Source: a virus
Lineage: Duplodnaviria; Heunggongvirae; Uroviricota; Caudoviricetes
Length of the DNA: 16,988 nt
Strand: one strand, 5' to 3'
IMG/VR virus record: IMGVR_UViG_3300031853_000017
Location: 66,397 to 83,384 of that record
Within the stretch, counting starts at the first letter, position 1; every line of letters starts with the position of its first letter. Position numbers and translations under genes: made by a program. The notes beneath the pieces were generated by a model that was not told where the DNA came from, did no database searches, and was given only the letters and a program-made list of their open reading frames with translations. Below, piece after piece: positions 1 to 6,428 of this stretch.

Positions 1-2
1 GA

Positions 3-383
3 AATGATTTGTGGATTAAGCATAGAGATTTTTTCTCCGCGCAGCATATACCGTCCGATATAAAAGACAATGGAACACCATTAACATATCGCGCAAAGAA
101 ATATTTCGATATGGATTTAGACGGCAAAGAGAAATTCATTTACAATGATTGTTGGGGCGGCATAGTTTTACGAAATGAAGCATGGATTGTTTTCAGAAAC
201 ATTAAGCAAGCGCTTATTCGTAATGAGAATGATTTATCTCAAACTTTGGTTGAAATGTTTTCAAAGACAGATTTTTGCAAGAAACATTCGATAGATTATT
301 TGGATTTAATCAATAGCGATTGGCAAAGATTTTTTGAAGAAACCGCGCGGAAATACAATACATACATAATGAAAGGAAAATAA
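3..383 (+). CDS. Hypothetical protein, probably 5'-truncated by the window edge
   Basis: The frame is open from position 3 (AAT GAT TTG TGG...). The TTG at 9 has no RBS. TAA at 381-383 abuts the next ATG. Confidence 0.6.
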   Translation, partial: NDLWIKHRDFFSAQHIPSDIKDNGTPLTYRAKKYFDMDLDGKEKFIYNDCWGGIVLRNEAWIVFRNIKQALIRNENDLSQTLVEMFSKTDFCKKHSIDYLDLINSDWQRFFEETARKYNTYIMKGK

Positions 384-668
384 ATGAAAATCACTTTAGA
401 AACTACTTGGAATTATATTCTATTAATTCCTTATGAAATGCCAAAACATAGCAATTTGGTTACAAATAGTAACGACACAAAATGCTTGGGAGAGGTTGTC
501 AATATTCATCGTTTTTATAGTGGGCATGACCTTGAAGAAGGCATTTATAATGAAGGAGATATTCTCATGTATGACATTAGAAAATCTCAGAAATATATAA
601 TTGACGGGAAAGAATACATTGTCGTTGCAGACAAAGATGTAATTGCGAGGGTAAAAATTGATGAATAA
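384..668 (+). CDS. groES: Divergent GroES/Cpn10-like co-chaperonin
   Basis: 94 aa, directly upstream of groEL. The C-terminal half EGDILMYD...KYIIDGKEYIVVADKDVIARV matches the GroES pattern GDxVxF...xxIDGEEYLIxxExDILAxV, and GEVV matches GEVLAV. The mobile loop is divergent. Confidence 0.75.
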   Translation: MKITLETTWNYILLIPYEMPKHSNLVTNSNDTKCLGEVVNIHRFYSGHDLEEGIYNEGDILMYDIRKSQKYIIDGKEYIVVADKDVIARVKIDE

Positions 669-2256
669 AAAAATTATTTATAAGGAAAATGCGCAAGAGA
701 AACTTCAAAACGGTGTTAATACCGTCGCTGAATGTGTAAAAGTAACTCTTGGCGCGAAAGGAAATTTTGTTTGTCTGGATAGAGATTACGGCTCTCCACT
801 TATCACAAATGACGGCGTGACCATTGCGAAAGAGGTAAAATTACCTGATGTGTTTGAAAATATGGGTGCAAAAATTGTATGCGAAGCGTCATCAAAGACC
901 AACAGCGATTCCGGCGACGGAACTACAACCGCAATCGTTCTCGCACAAGCATTGGTTAATGTTGGATTGCCATTGGTTAAGACAACAAGTGCTGTTTTGG
1001 TTAAGAATGGAATGGAAGCAGCGGTAAATGACGTTGTTGATTATATTAAGAAAAACTCTATTCCGGTACGCGGAGCAGACGACATAGCGAAAATCGCAAC
1101 AATTTCTTCCCGCGACTCTCAATTCGGACAGATTATTTCTGAAATTATCGAAAAGCTGGGCAATGACGTTGTAATAACGGTTGAAGAATCCCATACAGAT
1201 AATACTGAATATGAGATTGTAGAAGGATTGCGTTTTGATAAGGGCTATATTGCGCCACACATGGTAACAGATGTAGACAAAATGGTTGCAGAGTATGACA
1301 ACCCACTTATTTTGATTACCGACCAGAAGATAGTCAATATCAATGACATTATGCCAATTCTCGAAGAAGTTTCAAGCAACAGTAGAGCCTTGCTTATCAT
1401 TTCCGACGATTTGACAAATGAAGCAACTGGTATGCTTATCCAGAATAAACTTCGCGGAGTTCTCAATGTGGTTTGTGTTAAGCCGCCAAAATTCGGAGAA
1501 ATGCGCGAGTCATGGCTTGAAGATATAGCTGTTCTCACAGGTGGAACATTCATTAGTAGCAAACTTGGAATGAGCCTGAAAAATGCAACTGTTGAAAATC
1601 TTGGTTCAGCAAAGAAAATCAAGGTTGACAAAGATAGCACAACGATTATCGGCGGCAATGGAGATAAAAATGATTTACAAAACAGAATTAAATCACTTCA
1701 TGCCGAGATTGAGAAAGCAACATCAGATTTCGATAAAGAAAATTTCAAAGAGCGTCTTGCAAAGCTTACGAGCGGAATAGCGATTATTCGCGTCGGCGCT
1801 GCTACAGAAATCGAAATGAAGGACAAGAAGCTTCGCTTAGAGGACGCGCTTGCGGCTACGAGGGCTGCGATTGATGAAGGCATTGTTCCCGGCGGTGGTA
1901 TTGCTTATCTAAGGGCGTTTGATTCCATTGACCTTAATGCGGTTGGAAAAGATAATATTGATGGATATTATGCTGTTAAATCTGCATTGTTAGAGCCGTT
2001 TAATAATATCGTGAGAAATGCCGGACACGATTGCAAAAAACTCCGAGAACAATATAATCAAAACAAAGGCAAAAATCCGAATTACGGTTTTGATGTAATG
2101 AAGAATGATTTTGTTGATATGATTGAAAGCGGCATAATCGACCCCGCAAAGGTTACAAGAACAGCTCTGCAAAATGCTTTATCCGTTGCAACCATGATTA
2201 TTTCAACACAAGTTTTAATTGCCGATGAAAAAGAAGAATCTGAAACCAACCAATAA
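661..2256 (+). CDS. groEL: Group I chaperonin GroEL/Cpn60 (divergent, no GGM tail)
   Basis: Motifs KVTLGAKG, LITNDGVTIAKE, GDGTTT, EGLRFDKGY, RLAKLTSGIAIIRVGAATEIEMKDKKLRLEDAL, PGGG and GIIDPAKVTRTALQNA. ATG at 661 is preferred over TTG at 658; it overlaps the groES stop. Confidence 0.97.
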   Translation: MNKKIIYKENAQEKLQNGVNTVAECVKVTLGAKGNFVCLDRDYGSPLITNDGVTIAKEVKLPDVFENMGAKIVCEASSKTNSDSGDGTTTAIVLAQALVNVGLPLVKTTSAVLVKNGMEAAVNDVVDYIKKNSIPVRGADDIAKIATISSRDSQFGQIISEIIEKLGNDVVITVEESHTDNTEYEIVEGLRFDKGYIAPHMVTDVDKMVAEYDNPLILITDQKIVNINDIMPILEEVSSNSRALLIISDDLTNEATGMLIQNKLRGVLNVVCVKPPKFGEMRESWLEDIAVLTGGTFISSKLGMSLKNATVENLGSAKKIKVDKDSTTIIGGNGDKNDLQNRIKSLHAEIEKATSDFDKENFKERLAKLTSGIAIIRVGAATEIEMKDKKLRLEDALAATRAAIDEGIVPGGGIAYLRAFDSIDLNAVGKDNIDGYYAVKSALLEPFNNIVRNAGHDCKKLREQYNQNKGKNPNYGFDVMKNDFVDMIESGIIDPAKVTRTALQNALSVATMIISTQVLIADEKEESETNQ

Positions 2257-2259
2257 ATA

Positions 2260-2967
2260 ATGAGTGTAACGGAAATAAATAATAATCACCCCCGAACAAA
2301 ACTAATTTGTGGTGATTGTATGGAGCAACTAAAGAAGTTTGAAGATGATAGCATTGATTTAATTGTGACAGACCCGCCGTATCGGACAACTTCTCGCGGG
2401 AATTGTCTTGGCGGCGGTATGTTCAAAAAGAAAATCAATCTAAAAGGTCAAGTATTTACTCATAACAACATTGATTGCTCAGAATATGCGCCAGAGTTTT
2501 ATAGAGTTTTGAAAGACGGCGGGCATTGTTATGTAATGACAAATCATGTCAATTTAGTGAACATTCTTAATGTTTTCATAGGTTCTGGATTTCATTTTAT
2601 TAAATCATTGATTTGGGACAAGCAGAATAAAATTGTCGGTACATATTATATGTCACAATTTGAATATATTTTGTTTTTCCGCAAAGGTCGCGGAGTTAAG
2701 ATAAATCATTGTGGCACAAGTGACATTTTATCGGTTCAAAACAAAAAGACAAAGGATGAAAACGGTAAGAATTACCACGACACAGAGAAGCCAGTTGAAT
2801 TGATGAAAATATTGATAGATAATTCTTCTAAAGAGCATGATGTTGTATTAGACCCATTTATGGGAATTGGTAGTGCCGGAATCGCTTGTAATGAATTGAA
2901 TAGGCGTTTCATTGGAATCGAGATTGACGAAACATATTTCAAAATTGCCGAGCAAAGAATGGCATAA
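2260..2967 (+). CDS. Orphan DNA amino-methyltransferase, beta class (N6_N4_Mtase family), likely m6A
   Basis: N-terminal GDC...DLIVTDPPY (motif IV), H-x-TEKPVELM, and C-terminal VLDPFMGIGS (motif I) followed by RRFIGIEID. No cognate endonuclease is adjacent. Confidence 0.92.
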   Translation: MSVTEINNNHPRTKLICGDCMEQLKKFEDDSIDLIVTDPPYRTTSRGNCLGGGMFKKKINLKGQVFTHNNIDCSEYAPEFYRVLKDGGHCYVMTNHVNLVNILNVFIGSGFHFIKSLIWDKQNKIVGTYYMSQFEYILFFRKGRGVKINHCGTSDILSVQNKKTKDENGKNYHDTEKPVELMKILIDNSSKEHDVVLDPFMGIGSAGIACNELNRRFIGIEIDETYFKIAEQRMA

Positions 2968-2998
2968 AAATACACCTCATAGTTTCCTACGAGGTGTA
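2966..2998 (-). terminator. Intrinsic terminator for the repressor/peptidase operon
   Basis: The minus strand reads TACACCTCGTAG-GAAA-CTATGAGGTGTA-TTTTT: a 12-bp stem with one G-U pair, a GAAA loop and a U-tract, just past the 3005 stop. It may also act weakly on the + strand. Confidence 0.85.
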
Positions 2999-3004
2999 TA
3001 ATCA

Positions 3005-3607
3005 TTATATTGATTTTTGCAAATAAACATTCACAATATCGTTTTCCCATGCTGTTTTTCTATGGCTTTTTATCCATATACTATACTCCTTGAGGCGTAT
3101 AGCGCCGGCTTCTGCGGATAAACCGAACACAGATTGAATATCATGCGCATTTTTTATTCCTAAAACCTTAAACAGAGGAAATGGAGCTAATAATGTCGCG
3201 GCAAAACAATCAGCTTCAATTTCAAAATATTTATTGTGTATTTGCACAAAATCATTTTCCGCAATTTTGTCTAAAGCCGAAACCAAATGATGACCGCATT
3301 GAATGTGTCCTATTTCGTGTGCCATTGTCCATCTGCGGCGACCATAATTGCTTGTTTCAGAAAGGTTAATCAATATTAAATATCTGTTTGTTTCTACATC
3401 ATAATGAGTGCAGCCGGATTTACTTCTACATAAAGTAATAACATCGTTTACAGTACAATTATTGATTTGCGCGAATTTTTGATATGACATATATTTGCAG
3501 TTCGGCATGAACGGCAATATTCTGTCAAGTTGTAATGGAAATTGAATTTGCGGGAGTTGCGAATAAAGTTTTAATACCAAATTATTGATGTGGATTCTTC
3601 TAATCAT
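3005..3607 (-). CDS. ImmA/IrrE-family metallopeptidase (anti-repressor)
   Basis: RRRWTMAHEIGHIQCGH (HExxH), then EIEADCFAATLLAP (E-x-EA-x-x-FA motif). GGAGG RBS upstream on the minus strand. Confidence 0.9.
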   Translation of the reverse strand: MIRRIHINNLVLKLYSQLPQIQFPLQLDRILPFMPNCKYMSYQKFAQINNCTVNDVITLCRSKSGCTHYDVETNRYLILINLSETSNYGRRRWTMAHEIGHIQCGHHLVSALDKIAENDFVQIHNKYFEIEADCFAATLLAPFPLFKVLGIKNAHDIQSVFGLSAEAGAIRLKEYSIWIKSHRKTAWENDIVNVYLQKSI

Positions 3608-3682
3608 TGTGCTATAGCCTCCAATCTCTTTGACGCTTATTTTTAGTATAACAAAAAGCTTGGGCTATAAAACGGACATTGC

Positions 3683-4030
3683 TCAATTATCTTCATCAAA
3701 TGCGTAACCAAAAGCAAGTTTAATCATTTGTAAAGATTTAGTTTGGTCTTGTGGTGTCATTTTTTCTTTTCCGCGCTGTAGCGTGATGATGTAATCGTCG
3801 CCCAGAAGCTCAGACACAGGTGTTCTAATGTCAGTCCTGCCGAGCAGATAATCAACAGAAACATTAAAATATGTAGCGATTTTTGCTATTTTATCCATAG
3901 ACGGTGATGATGTGTTTTTCCATTTTTGGATTGATGAATAGCCTACTCCTAAATCGCTTTCTAATTTGTTGATTGTGATTCCGCGCTCAGTGCATAGTTC
4001 TTTAATGCGTTTGAATAAAATATTTTCCAT
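3683..4030 (-). CDS. XRE-family HTH repressor (ImmR/cI-like), 115 aa
   Basis: RIKELCTERGITINKLESDLGVGYSSIQKWKNTSSPSMDKIAKIATYFNVSVDYLLGRTD is a classic Cro/C1 HTH. Start moved to the ATG at 4030, which has a GGGAGGG RBS. Confidence 0.92.
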   Translation of the reverse strand: MENILFKRIKELCTERGITINKLESDLGVGYSSIQKWKNTSSPSMDKIAKIATYFNVSVDYLLGRTDIRTPVSELLGDDYIITLQRGKEKMTPQDQTKSLQMIKLAFGYAFDEDN

Positions 4031-4048
4031 GGAAATTCCCTCCCTTTT

Positions 4049-4138
4049 TTTAGTCCTATTTTCTTGAAAAAGTATTGACACCAAGAAATAAATCTGCTAA
4101 AATATAAACTAATCAAGAAAATGCGACTAAATTTTCTT
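4049..4138. promoter_or_regulatory. Candidate repressor operators
   Basis: The 18-mer CAAGAAAATnnGACTAAA occurs at 4114-4131 (+) and 4049-4066 (-), 16/18 identical. There is also a perfect inverted repeat AAGAAAAT-N8-ATTTTCTT at 4115-4138 and a further CAAGAAA at 4082. Confidence 0.6.
4075..4103 (+). promoter_or_regulatory. SigmaA-type rightward promoter (extended -10)
   Basis: TTGACA (4075-4080), 17-bp spacer, TG-n-TAAAAT (-10 at 4098-4103). Confidence 0.85.
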
Positions 4139-4139
4139 C

Positions 4140-4168
4140 ATTATACATTAAAAAATCTTGGAAGTCAA
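4140..4168 (-). promoter_or_regulatory. SigmaA-type leftward promoter for the repressor/peptidase operon
   Basis: Minus strand: TTGACT (4168-4163), 17-bp spacer, TATAAT (4145-4140). Confidence 0.85.
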
Positions 4169-4188
4169 TACATAGGAGGAAAATAATT

Positions 4189-4440
4189 ATGTTTTATGCT
4201 ACTTATAAAAAAGTAATAGATGATTGCAGTTTTGACGAAATCGCGGAATTTCAGACCGAACAGGAGCGTGACGATTGGGTTAATTCGCAAGACAGTATTT
4301 TTGAAAGAGAAGCCATTGACGATTTGGAGTTTTTAGGAATAGATTTAGCTGATTATTTTAAGGTTCCAGACACGTTCCCTTCAAAAGAACAATGGTATGC
4401 TACAAATGCTTACATAAGGAGGTTAAATAATGGCGATTAA
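4189..4440 (+). CDS. Small acidic hypothetical protein, first gene of the rightward operon
   Basis: Strong AGGAGG RBS at about 4174-4179; 83 aa; the end overlaps the next start. Confidence 0.75.
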   Translation: MFYATYKKVIDDCSFDEIAEFQTEQERDDWVNSQDSIFEREAIDDLEFLGIDLADYFKVPDTFPSKEQWYATNAYIRRLNNGD

Positions 4441-5287
4441 AGGCGCTATTATCGGAGATATAGTTGGTTCTCCATTTGAATTTAACAATATATACGCAAA
4501 ACAAAATATTAAGCCACAAGATATAGTGTTAAAAGTTGATAAAGGCACAATATATTGTGGTTATAATGATGATAAAACTACAATTTTATCAACTAAAAAG
4601 TGCCATTACACTGACGATACAGTGCTTTCTTTGGGCTTAAAATGGGCTATACAGCATAAAAAGTCATTTTCAGAGGGATTTGCCAAATTTGCGAAAAAAT
4701 ACCGAAATAGCGGATTTGGCGGCATGTTTTGTAATTGGGTAGATTCTGATGATAAGAAACCATATGGAAGTTATGGTAATGGCTCGGCTATGAGAGTTTC
4801 TTACATTGCAGACTTCTTTAATGACAAATTAAAAGTTGCTGAAATGGCAAGAGAATCGGCACTATGTACACATAATCATGAAGAAGGTGTAAAAGGTGCA
4901 GTAGCTACAGCAGTATGTATCGGAATGGCAAAACACGGTCTTGGGAAAGACGATATTCTAAGTTATGGTATTTCAATTTATCCAAAGGAGAAGTATGCTT
5001 ATAGCCCTGAGATACCTCTTTCTGAAATAAGGGAATATTATCGTTGGAATGAAACTTGTCATGGCAGCGTTCCGGCTGTTATTCGCTGCATTTATGAAGC
5101 AAACAATTATACCGAATTTATCAAAAATGTATTAAGTTTGCCATGCGATACTGATACATTATGCGCGATCGGCGGTGGTATTGCCGAGGAATTATTCGAC
5201 AATGGCGATGATGAATTATTATCACACACAGATGAAATCTTAGAAGAATATCTTGATGATTATTTATTAGCAGTATTAAAAGAATAA
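4430..5287 (+). CDS. ADP-ribosylglycohydrolase (DraG/ARH family)
   Basis: GAIIGDIVGS, YTDDT, GSYGNGSAMR, THNHEEGVKGA and DTDTLCAIGGGIAE are the metal-binding motifs of the ARH family. GGAGG RBS. Confidence 0.93.
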   Translation: MAIKGAIIGDIVGSPFEFNNIYAKQNIKPQDIVLKVDKGTIYCGYNDDKTTILSTKKCHYTDDTVLSLGLKWAIQHKKSFSEGFAKFAKKYRNSGFGGMFCNWVDSDDKKPYGSYGNGSAMRVSYIADFFNDKLKVAEMARESALCTHNHEEGVKGAVATAVCIGMAKHGLGKDDILSYGISIYPKEKYAYSPEIPLSEIREYYRWNETCHGSVPAVIRCIYEANNYTEFIKNVLSLPCDTDTLCAIGGGIAEELFDNGDDELLSHTDEILEEYLDDYLLAVLKE

Positions 5288-5296
5288 ATTTCAAAA

Positions 5297-5318
5297 AAAT
5301 ATAAAAATTTTTATATTT
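5297..5318. repeat. Perfect 22-bp AT-only palindrome AAATATAAAAA/TTTTTATATTT
   Basis: Read directly from the sequence; lies immediately upstream of the -35 box at 5323. Confidence 0.7.
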
Positions 5319-5322
5319 ACTG

Positions 5323-5351
5323 TTGACAAATGGTTACAAATATGTTACAAT
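5323..5351 (+). promoter_or_regulatory. SigmaA-type promoter for the nucleotidyltransferase operon
   Basis: TTGACA (5323-5328), 17-bp spacer, TG-n-TACAAT (-10 at 5346-5351). Confidence 0.85.
5333..5349 (-). promoter_or_regulatory. OmpR-family (WalR-like) direct-repeat box overlapping the promoter
   Basis: The minus strand reads TGTAAC-ATATT-TGTAAC, matching the WalR consensus TGTWAH-N5-TGTWAH. Confidence 0.45.
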
Positions 5352-5378
5352 TATTACAGAGATGAAATGAGGGTAAAA

Positions 5379-6419
5379 ATGGTAAATAACATTAGTGAAT
5401 TACTAAAATCTCAGCCATATGATTTTCTAAGAAACAATGAAAACTTGGCAGAAAACATTATTCTTCTTGGATATGGAGGAAGTTATGCTTATGGAACAAA
5501 TAACGATAACTCTGATGTGGATATTCGTGGGATAGCTACAAACAGTTCGAGGAATATCCTCACAGGGCGGGATTTTGAACAGGTTGTAGATGTTCCTACG
5601 GACACGACGATCTATTCATTTGATAAAATCGTGAAATTACTTTGCTCCTGTAATCCTAACACGGTGGAAATTCTTGGGCTTAAACCAGAGCATTATTTCT
5701 TGCTTTCAGACGCAGGGCGAAAATTGATCGCAAATCGCCATTTATTTTTATCCAAATTAGCTATTCATTCTTTTGGAGGATATGCAAATGCGCAGCTCCG
5801 CCGTTTAGAAAACTTCACGGCAAGAAATTCAAGCCAATCTCAGTTAGAAAAACATATTCTTAAAAGTATCGAACACGCTTCGGTTGATTTCAAGAATAGA
5901 TATTTCGATATGCCGGAAGATTCAATCAAACTGTATATTGATAAATCTCCGCGAGATGATTACGAAACCGAAATCTTTTGTGACGTAACATTAAAGCATT
6001 ATCCTCTCCGTGACCATAAAGGTATGCTGAATGATATGGGAACAATTATTCAGCAGTATAAGAAAATGGGAAAAAGAAATAGTAAGGCTTATGAACATAA
6101 CAAAATAGGAAAGCATATGATGCACCTTGTTCGGCTTTATCTTATGGCTTTTGACATTCTTGAAAAGGGTGAAATCAATACCTACCGTGAGAAAGACCAT
6201 GATTTTCTTATGGAGATTCGTAATGGAAAATATCTTGATAGCAACCAGAAACCAACAAAAGAATTTTATGAGATCGTAAATGAATATGAGCACAAACTTG
6301 ACGATCTAAAAAATACAACAAATTTGCCGGAAGTTCCCGATATGGATAAAGTTATGGATTTAGTTGAAGAAATAAACGGAAATGTTATATGTAAAAATTG
6401 CGGATATTTTAATGGTTAA
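5379..6419 (+). CDS. Pol-beta-superfamily nucleotidyltransferase, RlaP-like (Nuc-transf family)
   Basis: GGSYAYGTNNDNSDVDIRG (GS..YG...SDxD), CNPNTVEIL and C-terminal KHMMHLVRLYLMAFDILEKG helix. ATG at 5379 (GAGGG RBS) is preferred over 5367. Confidence 0.85.
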   Translation: MVNNISELLKSQPYDFLRNNENLAENIILLGYGGSYAYGTNNDNSDVDIRGIATNSSRNILTGRDFEQVVDVPTDTTIYSFDKIVKLLCSCNPNTVEILGLKPEHYFLLSDAGRKLIANRHLFLSKLAIHSFGGYANAQLRRLENFTARNSSQSQLEKHILKSIEHASVDFKNRYFDMPEDSIKLYIDKSPRDDYETEIFCDVTLKHYPLRDHKGMLNDMGTIIQQYKKMGKRNSKAYEHNKIGKHMMHLVRLYLMAFDILEKGEINTYREKDHDFLMEIRNGKYLDSNQKPTKEFYEIVNEYEHKLDDLKNTTNLPEVPDMDKVMDLVEEINGNVICKNCGYFNG

Positions 6420-6428
6420 GAGGTATTT

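Noticed and set aside
384-2256. Host housekeeping groESL operon
   Set aside because: No CIRCE or promoter, no terminator, no GGM tail, divergent GroES, and phage-like neighbours.
892-2389. Minus-strand and alternate-frame ORFs over groEL and MTase (892-1260, 1245-1658, 1583-1780, 1698-1883, 1990-2172, 2198-2389)
   Set aside because: Shadows of a strongly conserved gene; no RBS or recognisable motifs.
3611-3669. Short inverted repeat TATAGCC/GGCTATA and TTGACG...TATAAC between the repressor and peptidase genes
   Set aside because: Only 7 bp with a long spacer; the promoter spacing is 11 bp, which is not functional.
3005-4030. Toxin-antitoxin pair
   Set aside because: The HExxH peptidase plus XRE arrangement, with switch-like promoters, fits ImmR/ImmA regulation better.
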